55,721 nucleotides of DNA from a virus (Duplodnaviria > Caudoviricetes). The notes below the pieces were generated by a model. That model saw only the letters and a list, made by a program, of their open reading frames with translations, searched no databases and had not been told where the DNA came from. Of the stretch, positions 1 through 6,622 are shown piece by piece (positions within the stretch are counted from its first letter, which is position 1; the number at the start of each line of letters is the position of its first letter). Location of the stretch: positions 1 to 55,721 of the IMG/VR virus record IMGVR_UViG_3300017730_000010. One strand, 5' to 3'. Made by a program: the position numbers and the translations under genes.

Positions 1-81
1 TGCACCAAGCACAACTCAATGACTTTGCTTGGGTAACTCTTCTTCACTCGTTAAGAGATGACCACAGAAAAGATTTAGACC

Positions 82-110
82 TTGACTAATCAACAAAACT
101 AAACTATATT
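82..110 (+). promoter_or_regulatory. sigma70-type promoter, probably leaderless (TTGACT-N17-TATATT, ATG 7 nt downstream)
   Basis: -35 at 82-87, -10 at 105-110, ATG at 118. Confidence 0.7.
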
Positions 111-117
111 ATATATT

Positions 118-387
118 ATGGAATTAACCACAGAACAAAGAATCGCAGTTATCGCTAAAGCAGTCGAAAACTCAAAATCTATAACGCCATCTCAATCGGT
201 AGAAGAATTTATCGCAGAGATTAAAACTGAAGATGTTCTTGTCGAGCATGGTTTGCTTGATACTCAGAAGAACGATTTAGAAGATGAATCACAATTTTTT
301 CTTACTCAGTCTGCTGAAGAGATTGACGAAGAAGATCAAGAGTTTGGTGTCTCGAAAGAGATGCGAGGCGTATACAAAAACAACTAA
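118..387 (+). CDS. hypothetical acidic protein (89 aa)
   Basis: ORF directly behind promoter; E/D-rich. Confidence 0.7.
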   Translation: MELTTEQRIAVIAKAVENSKSITPSQSVEEFIAEIKTEDVLVEHGLLDTQKNDLEDESQFFLTQSAEEIDEEDQEFGVSKEMRGVYKNN

Positions 388-403
388 ACCAAAAGGAATA
401 ATT

Positions 404-652
404 ATGCAATCAGAATTCTCATTCATTAAACAAGCTAACGCAGTAGAGGCTTACAAACCTTTGCAAGTAAATCGCCAAGGCGATAAGATGTGGTTCTCTT
501 ACAAGAACGCAGTTGGCACAATCGTCAACGCATACTATGATTATGCGACTCGTTCGTTTAAGTCAGTAGTTAAAGGCAGTCAGTACGGAGACGGAGTTGC
601 GATTCGCAATCTTGTTGCTCGTCCTGTTGTAGAATCCGTTTTGAAAGGATAA
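404..652 (+). CDS. hypothetical protein (82 aa, start re-called at MQSEFSF)
   Basis: AAAAGGAA RBS before ATG 404; avoids long overlap with upstream gene. Confidence 0.7.
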   Translation: MQSEFSFIKQANAVEAYKPLQVNRQGDKMWFSYKNAVGTIVNAYYDYATRSFKSVVKGSQYGDGVAIRNLVARPVVESVLKG

Positions 653-656
653 GAAA

Positions 657-722
657 ATGACTTGGGACATACTTTTACTTTCGCCTTGGCTATTCGTATT
701 TTACATGATGTTTACAAGCTAA
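657..722 (+). CDS. micro-ORF, hydrophobic peptide MTWDILLLSPWLFVFYMMFTS
   Basis: 4 nt after upstream stop, AAAGGA upstream, TAATG coupling to next ORF. Confidence 0.45.
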   Translation: MTWDILLLSPWLFVFYMMFTS

Positions 723-778
723 TGGAACTTATAATATTATTTATCATGGCTTATTGTTTTTATCGTATGGTTAATTAA
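722..778 (+). CDS. micro-ORF, hydrophobic peptide MELIILFIMAYCFYRMVN
   Basis: TAATG stop/start overlap with previous ORF. Confidence 0.4.
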   Translation: MELIILFIMAYCFYRMVN

Positions 779-799
779 AGTTGGTTGAGACCCCTGTCC

Positions 800-871
800 T
801 AAGTGACTGACTATCAAGCACTTGGGGCGGGCGGCGGCCAGCCACCTAAGTGACTGAGCCTTAACAACTTA
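800..871. repeat. paired-palindrome element, copy 1
   Basis: TAAGTGACTGACTATCAAGCACTTG + 22 bp GC spacer + TAAGTGACTGAGCCTTAACAACTTA. Confidence 0.9.
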
Positions 872-1112
872 CAGAACCATTAAGTTCGTTTATTAGCTCG
901 TCTAACCTTGGAAGGTCAAGTCCCGAATCGTTCCAAGCGACACCATCGGGTGTGCGGTATCCGATTGCAGAGTCTCCGCTAGTGTCTTTGATGTCGTCAA
1001 CAAATTGCTGATAATCTTGACAATCCCTTGCGAAGTGGTAAAGACCTTCGTCGTTTTGAATCCAAAGGGCGACGTTCCAGGTCTGACGATTTTTCCATCC
1101 GTTATAGCTCAT
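861..1112 (-). CDS. small conserved-type phage protein (YNGWxNxxTWNVALW family)
   Basis: N-terminal motif recalled from many small phage proteins; stop codon lies inside element 1. Confidence 0.8.
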   Translation of the reverse strand: MSYNGWKNRQTWNVALWIQNDEGLYHFARDCQDYQQFVDDIKDTSGDSAIGYRTPDGVAWNDSGLDLPRLDELINELNGSVSC

Positions 1113-1237
1113 AGGTTTTCGGTGTTGTGTCCTGCTCTCCTCATTGAGTGGAGGGCTTCTTGACGGGTCATATTGAATCGGGACATGAGATACATGAGTA
1201 AGTCATTCCCTGTGAGTTGTTGGTTTCTGTCTGTCAT
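1109..1237 (-). CDS. hypothetical protein (42 aa, MTDRNQQLTG...)
   Basis: TTGACA-N17-GATAAT promoter at 1244-1272; ATGA overlap with next gene. Confidence 0.65.
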   Translation of the reverse strand: MTDRNQQLTGNDLLMYLMSRFNMTRQEALHSMRRAGHNTENL

Positions 1238-1249
1238 GATATAATTATC

Positions 1250-1435
1250 TTATATTTTATCGTTTGTGTCAAGGATATTTCCAAGAAAATTTACTTGTTT
1301 TATATCGTAGCCTTTAGCTTCTGATTTTGCAATTCTTAAAGCTTTTGATTGACCTTTTACTTCATCCACTAATCTACCAAAAGAAAAGATTTGAAAAAAT
1401 TGTACAAAGTTTGGGTTGCGTCTTACTGAGATCAT
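1250..1435 (-). CDS. hypothetical protein, paralog of 6171-6362
   Basis: shared pattern NxNF..F.I..FG(R/K)L(V/I)D..K...AL.IA. Confidence 0.75.
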   Translation of the reverse strand: MISVRRNPNFVQFFQIFSFGRLVDEVKGQSKALRIAKSEAKGYDIKQVNFLGNILDTNDKI

Positions 1436-1436
1436 A

Positions 1437-1661
1437 TTAGTTCCATTTGAGGTTTTTGAGACTTGTGTGTTTCTTTAACCACCTACGAAGGTGGTGAAAT
1501 CCATTACTTGACCAATGATTTGAATATGGGGTGATATTTGGATCTTGCAAGACGACTTTATATCCTTTTGCCGTATTTACAATTTCCTTAATGTCATTGC
1601 ATTGGTGCATCTGTTTCATTATCTTTCTGTTGCCCTTGCCCGAGTGTCCTCCTTTAGCCAT
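1437..1661 (-). CDS. hypothetical basic protein (74 aa)
   Basis: AGGAGG RBS upstream; tight operon packing. Confidence 0.75.
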   Translation of the reverse strand: MAKGGHSGKGNRKIMKQMHQCNDIKEIVNTAKGYKVVLQDPNITPYSNHWSSNGFHHLRRWLKKHTSLKNLKWN

Positions 1662-1679
1662 TGTATTATCCTCCTTGAT

Positions 1680-1796
1680 TTAGTATGAAAGGGCTTTTCT
1701 ATGTTTAACCCTGCGTGAATATTTAGACTTATCTTTCATTGGACGAGCCTTGGTGAAAAGAATTGGGATTCTTACTTTAATCTTTTTTTGCTTCAT
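1680..1796 (-). CDS. small basic protein (38 aa, MKQKKIKVRIP...)
   Basis: promoter-like TCGCTA-N17-TAGTCT at 1803-1831, ATG 6 nt downstream. Confidence 0.55.
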   Translation of the reverse strand: MKQKKIKVRIPILFTKARPMKDKSKYSRRVKHRKALSY

Positions 1797-1956
1797 ATAT
1801 AAAGACTAAAGCACTTTTCAAACAATAGCGAGAAAAAAATTAACTAAATACAACTTTTAATTTTATCTAATAATAATTGATAAGAGATACTAATAAATAG
1901 GAACAAATACATAATACTATAAATACATTGACTTATAGTATATAAAAGCTTTATTA

Positions 1957-2027
1957 TAAGTTGTTGATTATCAAGCACTTATGGAATCGGCGGCCAGCCA
2001 CCTAAGTGTCTGACTATTAAAGACTTA
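1957..2027. repeat. paired-palindrome element, copy 2
   Basis: TAAGTTGTTGATTATCAAGCACTTA + TGGAATCGGCGGCCAGCCACC + TAAGTGTCTGACTATTAAAGACTTA. Confidence 0.95.
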
Positions 2028-2029
2028 TG

Positions 2030-2242
2030 TTAGAAGTCGTATTGAGCGTGGTAGCCCCAATCAATATCCTCGTTCTCAGAGAATTGCCGAAGAGCCTGGC
2101 GATCTGCTTCCTCCTCCATTCTGCGGCGGATGATTTGCTGAGACGCAATCTCGGCAAGGACGGATTCCCGTTCCTCGATTTCGAGGTCGGTCATTCCGAA
2201 GGCGTGAGCGGTGCGGGCGAGTGAATCATTTTCGTTTTCCAT
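2030..2242 (-). CDS. hypothetical acidic protein (70 aa)
   Basis: own promoter TTGACT-N17-TACATT (2249-2277); stop 2 bp from element 2. Confidence 0.75.
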   Translation of the reverse strand: MENENDSLARTAHAFGMTDLEIEERESVLAEIASQQIIRRRMEEEADRQALRQFSENEDIDWGYHAQYDF

Positions 2243-2304
2243 ATATACAATGTAGCAGTCTGAGGGCGTGGAGTCAAGGAATATTTTTGTTATTTTACAT
2301 TTTA

Positions 2305-2375
2305 TAAGTCGTTAACTATCAACTACTTACGACGCTGGCCGCCCGCGCCCTAAGTGCCTGAAGGGCAAGGACTTA
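2305..2375. repeat. paired-palindrome element, copy 3
   Basis: TAAGTCGTTAACTATCAACTACTTA + CGACGCTGGCCGCCCGCGCCC + TAAGTGCCTGAAGGGCAAGGACTTA. Confidence 0.95.
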
Positions 2376-2378
2376 CGA

Positions 2379-2528
2379 TTAGGCTTTGAACAAGCCGTAG
2401 CGACGACTGCCGTCGTTATTTGCAAGGCGACGACGCAAGAGCCTCTCGGCATCTTTTTTTCGCATCGCGATGGTTTCAACTTGCCAAACGGATCCCGCTT
2501 GGTTGAGAATGGATTTTAGTATGAACAT
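2379..2528 (-). CDS. hypothetical protein (49 aa, start re-called at MFILKS)
   Basis: AAAAGGAAA RBS; stop 3 bp from element 3. Confidence 0.65.
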   Translation of the reverse strand: MFILKSILNQAGSVWQVETIAMRKKDAERLLRRRLANNDGSRRYGLFKA

Positions 2529-2544
2529 AATTTTCCTTTTGTTA

Positions 2545-2727
2545 TTAGTTAAAAAATGGATGATGGCGAACATCACGAAGACGGATGCCGTGAACGATAT
2601 TAGTTCTGTACTTGCGAACATTTGCACAAGCTCCCCAAGTTGGGTGATTGATTGGATCATCCGTAAGTTGGTAGATTTTCTTGCAACGAGTGACGACGAC
2701 ATCGCCCTTTTTGAATTTGGTTTTCAT
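2545..2727 (-). CDS. hypothetical protein (60 aa, start re-called at MKTKFKKGDVV)
   Basis: AAAGGAAA RBS; FKKGDxV start typical of small SH3/KOW-like phage proteins. Confidence 0.65.
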   Translation of the reverse strand: MKTKFKKGDVVVTRCKKIYQLTDDPINHPTWGACANVRKYRTNIVHGIRLRDVRHHPFFN

Positions 2728-2731
2728 ATTG

Positions 2732-2965
2732 TTATTTCCTTTTTGTGAAAATTGGGTTATTGAGAAACTTGTCCATATCGGCAGATTTTTGTTTTGCCTC
2801 GGCAAGTTGAGATTCAACCTTTGCAAGCTCAGGAAGAGCGAGCATTTCGATTGCCATTTCAACATTGGCATGGGTTGCAGGAGTTGCGTCTTTACGCATC
2901 TTTGCAATGGCGTTATTGATTGACTCGATACGAGATTCGAGAGTGAATATTTCCATTTCTGTCAT
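2732..2965 (-). CDS. hypothetical helical protein (77 aa)
   Basis: promoter TTGCAA-N17-TACCTT (2972-3000), ATG 6 nt downstream. Confidence 0.75.
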   Translation of the reverse strand: MTEMEIFTLESRIESINNAIAKMRKDATPATHANVEMAIEMLALPELAKVESQLAEAKQKSADMDKFLNNPIFTKRK

Positions 2966-2990
2966 ATATATAAGGTAAACTAGTTTTGAG

Positions 2991-3134
2991 TTAATTGCAA
3001 ACTTTTTCTTTTAGTTTCTTTCCGTGGGCTTCGGCTTCTTTGTAAGTGTCAAAGCTCCCTGCGTAGTTGCCGTTCATGTATAAGACAAAATGCTCATTGC
3101 ACCAAGTCGAGAAGGTTTTGATTTCGATTTCCAT
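2991..3134 (-). CDS. hypothetical protein (47 aa, MEIEIKTFSTW...)
   Basis: ORF filling the gap, 3 nt after upstream stop. Confidence 0.6.
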   Translation of the reverse strand: MEIEIKTFSTWCNEHFVLYMNGNYAGSFDTYKEAEAHGKKLKEKVCN

Positions 3135-3137
3135 TTT

Positions 3138-3320
3138 TTAATTTCTGCTTGAAGTTAACTTATGTTGAGCTTGCCACTCGGCAAGCCAATCTTGATTCTG
3201 CTTTAGCAGATCACGAGAGATCTTGACAAGAACGGGGTCGCTCTCGTTTCTGATAACTTCCTTGTGACGGAAGATATCGGCTTGAACCTTTTGGAAGAGT
3301 AGGTGTCGATCATTAATCAT
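3138..3320 (-). CDS. hypothetical protein (60 aa)
   Basis: promoter TTGCAA-N17-TAGATT (3327-3355). Confidence 0.7.
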   Translation of the reverse strand: MINDRHLLFQKVQADIFRHKEVIRNESDPVLVKISRDLLKQNQDWLAEWQAQHKLTSSRN

Positions 3321-3410
3321 ATATACAATCTAAAGGTAAAACCTAGTAATTGCAAGAAAAATCTTCTGAAGTTATTCACAAAAAAACTTTAATGGAGTCG
3401 CATTTTTTCC

Positions 3411-3439
3411 TTGACACCCTTTGACTTTTATGTTATAAT
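3411..3439 (+). promoter_or_regulatory. consensus sigma70 promoter pointing into element 4
   Basis: TTGACA-N17-TATAAT with extended TGn. Confidence 0.75.
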
Positions 3440-3451
3440 GCGGACCTTTCG

Positions 3452-3522
3452 TAAGTTGTTGGTTACCAAGCACTTACGAGGGCGGGCGCCGATGCCCTAA
3501 GTGCCTGATTATCAGTGACTTA
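3452..3522. repeat. paired-palindrome element, copy 4
   Basis: TAAGTTGTTGGTTACCAAGCACTTA + CGAGGGCGGGCGCCGATGCCC + TAAGTGCCTGATTATCAGTGACTTA. Confidence 0.95.
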
Positions 3523-3536
3523 GGATGTCAAGCTTT

Positions 3537-3803
3537 TTATTTCCAAGGATCGAAAAAAGTTGGGTTCATGTCGGCAAGGACATCGCGATTTACTTCGCCC
3601 CAATTCTTGCCATCGTGCCAAGTCATAAAGACTTTTTTACCGCAACCCTTTAGGTAGTTGAGCCATTCGTTAGCTTTTCCCAACTTGTCAAACTTGTAGG
3701 CGTAATCGAATCCGCCAAAGTGAAAGTTGCCGTCCATGCCTAAAGCAAGCCATGGTTTGCGAGGAGATCGATTTATTCCGATTAATTTTATTTGATAATG
3801 CAT
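3537..3803 (-). CDS. hypothetical protein (88 aa)
   Basis: ORF, last gene of cassette; stop 14 bp from element 4. Confidence 0.7.
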   Translation of the reverse strand: MHYQIKLIGINRSPRKPWLALGMDGNFHFGGFDYAYKFDKLGKANEWLNYLKGCGKKVFMTWHDGKNWGEVNRDVLADMNPTFFDPWK

Positions 3804-3804
3804 G

Positions 3805-3858
3805 TTAGTTTTGTTGATAGAAAAAAAGAAGAGAAAGAATAATTATCAAAGGAATCAT
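3805..3858 (-). CDS. micro-ORF, hydrophobic peptide MIPLIIILSLLFFYQQN
   Basis: ATGA overlap with upstream gene, 1 nt before downstream ATG. Confidence 0.45.
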   Translation of the reverse strand: MIPLIIILSLLFFYQQN

Positions 3859-4004
3859 TTTTTAGATTCCTCTAATTTTTGGATTTCACTCCGCAAGTAT
3901 TGCACATGAGCGTCACGAATCGAGCGAAGTGATTCTTTGCGTGAACGATTGAGTTTGTCCTGCCACCAAGCAAGATCTTTTTCTAATTGTTTTTTTGTTT
4001 TCAT
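3855..4004 (-). CDS. hypothetical protein (49 aa, MKTKKQLEKDLAWW...)
   Basis: promoter TTGTAA-N17-TATCTT (4011-4039), ATG 6 nt downstream. Confidence 0.65.
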   Translation of the reverse strand: MKTKKQLEKDLAWWQDKLNRSRKESLRSIRDAHVQYLRSEIQKLEESKK

Positions 4005-4048
4005 ATTATAAAGATAAAGTATTTTTTAAGAAGTTACAAGGAAAAAGA

Positions 4049-4279
4049 TTACTTTTGAAATCTTTTTTCTTGGATGATTTCTTGCCAAGCTTTGCGAGCA
4101 ACTTGAACGGCATTGAGAGCGTCAAGGATTGCCATGCCTTGCGTGATCGAAGATTGCCAATCTTCCTTAGAGGATTCTCCTGCGAGAAATTTGAGATTTC
4201 CCTCTGCTTTAGAGAGAGCAAGACTTAGGTCTAAGTCTCGGTTGATGTCTTTTCTTAATTCTTCTAATGTTTGATTCAT
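4049..4279 (-). CDS. hypothetical helical protein (76 aa)
   Basis: promoter TTGCAA-N17-TACATT (4286-4314). Confidence 0.75.
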   Translation of the reverse strand: MNQTLEELRKDINRDLDLSLALSKAEGNLKFLAGESSKEDWQSSITQGMAILDALNAVQVARKAWQEIIQEKRFQK

Positions 4280-4331
4280 ATTATAAATGTAATCTATTTT
4301 TTGTTAAATTGCAAGGAGAAAACGAATTATC

Positions 4332-4520
4332 TTAAGCAACCCATTTGACAAATTCAAACTTGCGGGGCAAGCCAAACTTTGCAAGGTCACGATTGAGAGA
4401 CTTAATCGAATCGTGATGTTCGCATTTGAGAATTTGATTCTCTGCGATGATGTCGCCCGTCTTGCGGTCAACGATGTTAACTTTGGCGATGAAGCCGTTT
4501 ACTCTTTTATTCTTAATCAT
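4332..4520 (-). CDS. hypothetical protein (62 aa, start re-called at MIKNKRV)
   Basis: promoter TTGCAA-N17-TACCTT (4526-4554), ATG 5 nt downstream. Confidence 0.7.
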   Translation of the reverse strand: MIKNKRVNGFIAKVNIVDRKTGDIIAENQILKCEHHDSIKSLNRDLAKFGLPRKFEFVKWVA

Positions 4521-4608
4521 ACCTAAAGGTAACACATAAACAAGGGAATTGCAAGAAAAACTTTCTAAAGTTATTAACAAATTTTTTTGCCTTGTGAGTA
4601 AAAAACCC

Positions 4609-4637
4609 TTGACAAGCAGAGCTTTTTATGTTATAGA
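4609..4637 (+). promoter_or_regulatory. sigma70-type promoter pointing into element 5
   Basis: TTGACA-N17-TATAGA with extended TGn; similar to 3411-3439. Confidence 0.55.
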
Positions 4638-4648
4638 AGCCTTACTCG

Positions 4649-4719
4649 TAAGTCATTGTCTATCAAGCACTTACGAGAGCGGGCGCCGATCCCCTAAGTG
4701 CCTGACTATCAGTGACTTA
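4649..4719. repeat. paired-palindrome element, copy 5
   Basis: TAAGTCATTGTCTATCAAGCACTTA + CGAGAGCGGGCGCCGATCCCC + TAAGTGCCTGACTATCAGTGACTTA. Confidence 0.95.
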
Positions 4720-4824
4720 GGAGGGCCAAAACCACACTATAAGGCAAGGTATTAGCGTAGCTGAAAAGGGTATTAGGATTTGTATTAGGTCTAACATATT
4801 TTTATAGAGTTGTCAAGGATTTTT

Positions 4825-5088
4825 TTAGTAAAGATATTGCTCAGTTGAATCTTCCCATACATGGGTCAACTTAAAGTCGGTAGTTTTCCAAGGTGAAAAA
4901 TCTGCCTCGCCTATCAAGGCAATTCTTTCGGATATCTCTAGCTCTAAGGGATGCACCTCTGAAGAGCCTTGCATATTGTAGACCTCTACCTCTGAAGGGT
5001 CATCCTTCAGTACACGAGTGATTTGAGCCTTGAAGCTGAAGAAGTTTACCCTACGAGTAGGAACATTTTTATTTGATTGATTTAACAT
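4825..5088 (-). CDS. hypothetical protein (87 aa)
   Basis: promoter TTGACT-N17-TACATT (5095-5123). Confidence 0.7.
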   Translation of the reverse strand: MLNQSNKNVPTRRVNFFSFKAQITRVLKDDPSEVEVYNMQGSSEVHPLELEISERIALIGEADFSPWKTTDFKLTHVWEDSTEQYLY

Positions 5089-5143
5089 AAGTATAATGTA
5101 ATGGATTTTTTAGGAAAAGTCAAGAGAATTGCAAAGTTTTTTT

Positions 5144-5497
5144 TTACCAATTCCTTGGCATTTCGTTATTGGAAAGAAACCTTTCGGCTTCGTAGGGAGA
5201 GCAACGAAGATCATCGCAGATGTCTGCAAGTCTTTCTTCTCTTGCTTCGGCACGAGATTGACGATAGCGAGTGACCTTGCAAAAGCGAGGGTCTGCTTCG
5301 GCATCTGCCATTTCTTTTAGTTGATCGAAAAGATCCCAAGAAACAATTCCCTTCTTGCAAAAGTTATAAGCACATTGCTTACGAGAGACACCTTCGATCT
5401 CGAAGATGTGGCGAGCCTTGTTTTCGTTGTAAACGCTAAGGCTTGCGTTTATTACCTTGTCGGAGACTTTGTTGAATTTGATGTATATTAGTTCCAT
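5144..5497 (-). CDS. hypothetical protein (117 aa)
   Basis: promoter TTGCTT-N17-TACATT (5543-5571), with a leader. Confidence 0.7.
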   Translation of the reverse strand: MELIYIKFNKVSDKVINASLSVYNENKARHIFEIEGVSRKQCAYNFCKKGIVSWDLFDQLKEMADAEADPRFCKVTRYRQSRAEAREERLADICDDLRCSPYEAERFLSNNEMPRNW

Positions 5498-5572
5498 AAT
5501 TTTTTTATTTTAGTAGTTTATCTTTCTTAATCTTATATATACAATGTAACACAGATGAAGCGAAAAAGCAAA

Positions 5573-5647
5573 TTATTTCTTCACTTTTTTTTGTTTAGTT
5601 ATTACGAATTTACAAAGGATTTTTTCTCTTTCAGTTAAGTTAATCAT
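5573..5647 (-). CDS. micro-ORF or gene remnant (24 aa, MINLTEREKIL...)
   Basis: promoter TTGACT-N17-TACCTT (5653-5681), ATG 5 nt downstream. Confidence 0.4.
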   Translation of the reverse strand: MINLTEREKILCKFVITKQKKVKK

Positions 5648-5752
5648 ACCTAAAGGTATCACAGAAAAGCCGAAAAGTCAAGAAAAACTTTCGACTATCT
5701 TTTTGCACAATCCTATTGCATAGATTGGCATGGTATGTGTGCAGCTGTTTCG

Positions 5753-5823
5753 TAAGTTGTTGGCTATTAGGCACTTATGGAAACGGCGGCCCGCCACCTA
5801 AGTGGCTGACCATCAATGACTTA
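5753..5823. repeat. paired-palindrome element, copy 6
   Basis: TAAGTTGTTGGCTATTAGGCACTTA + TGGAAACGGCGGCCCGCCACC + TAAGTGGCTGACCATCAATGACTTA. Confidence 0.95.
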
Positions 5824-5874
5824 CGGGTTATGTTGTGCAGTAGTATAGGACAACACTTCCGACGATTATGACAA

Positions 5875-6183
5875 TCATACGACGAGAGGATTAGGCAACT
5901 TTGTGTTGCAAAAGTGCCAATCGAATGAGTCAATGATTTCCCCATTAAGGACAGGCTCAAAGTTGACTTGGTGAACACCTGCATTGGCAATGCCGTTGAC
6001 TCGTTCGCGTGTGGTTGGAGTATTCCAACCTGCAAGTGACCACTCGACCACGCCAAAGGCGTCTCGTTTGATTATGGCGTTACCATGAAGCCAAACGGTT
6101 TGCCCGTCTGTCTCGGTGTTGCCGACTTTTTTAGATGTGCCTTGTTCAAAGGCGAGTTTGATTTGTTCGGTTACTTTTCGCAT
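5875..6183 (-). CDS. small conserved-type phage protein (LHGNxI...GWxTxTT(R/K)xR family)
   Basis: motif pattern recalled from small early phage proteins. Confidence 0.8.
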   Translation of the reverse strand: MRKVTEQIKLAFEQGTSKKVGNTETDGQTVWLHGNAIIKRDAFGVVEWSLAGWNTPTTRERVNGIANAGVHQVNFEPVLNGEIIDSFDWHFCNTKLPNPLVV

Positions 6184-6362
6184 GGTATGATTTCCCCTTC
6201 TCTTACGATTAAAACTCTTTCACCTTGCAAAGATAATTCTTTCTTTTTTCTGCTTGCAATGTTCAAGGCTTGAGCCTCTGTCTTTGTGTTGTCGATTAAC
6301 TTTCCGAAAAGTCGAATGTCGAACCACTCGGAAAAATTTGCGTTTTTTATTATTGTTATCAT
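6171..6362 (-). CDS. hypothetical protein, paralog of 1250-1435
   Basis: promoter TTGCAT-N17-TACATT (6369-6397); sequence similarity. Confidence 0.75.
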   Translation of the reverse strand: MITIIKNANFSEWFDIRLFGKLIDNTKTEAQALNIASRKKKELSLQGERVLIVREGEIIPCEK

Positions 6363-6406
6363 GTTATAAATGTAAACCTTTTTTGTAATTAATGCAAGGT
6401 AAAAGA

Positions 6407-6622
6407 TTACTTTGTGAAGTAATCTTTTACTTGTTGAGAGGTTGCCTTGCTAAGGTCGGAAATGTAAACTTCCGATTCAAACAAGTGATCTTGCTTGTGA
6501 TGCTTAATGGTAGCAACCCGAAGACCGCCCTTGATGCGATCAAGTGAGACGAGTCTCACGGCTTTATTGTTTTGCGAGGAGTGGTAAATGCCTCCGACTT
6601 TTAATCCTTTAGTAATGTTCAT
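6407..6622 (-). CDS. hypothetical protein (71 aa, start re-called at MNITKGLKVG)
   Basis: promoter TTGCAA-N17-TACATT (6629-6657), ATG 6 nt downstream. Confidence 0.7.
   Translation of the reverse strand: MNITKGLKVGGIYHSSQNNKAVRLVSLDRIKGGLRVATIKHHKQDHLFESEVYISDLSKATSQQVKDYFTK

Noticed and set aside
3411-4637. dif/pdif sites suggested by TTATGTTA near 3428 and 4626
   Set aside because: No XerC arm 6 bp upstream; better explained as extended -10 promoters.
5726-5743. sigma54 promoter (TGGCA...TGCA) before element 6
   Set aside because: GG-to-GC spacing is 2 bp too long.
800-5823. CRISPR array interpretation of the repeats
   Set aside because: Units are degenerate and separated by 0.3-1.1 kb of genes; the 21-bp spacers resemble each other; no cas genes.
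800-5823. Classical integron attC sites
   Set aside because: No consistent RYYYAAC/GTTRRRY ends, cassettes have their own promoters, and no IntI in the window.
2027-6273. Plus-strand ORFs in the cassette region (2027, 2470, 2681, 3995, 4549, 5129, 6085)
   Set aside because: They overlap better-supported minus-strand genes or repeat elements and lack initiation signals.
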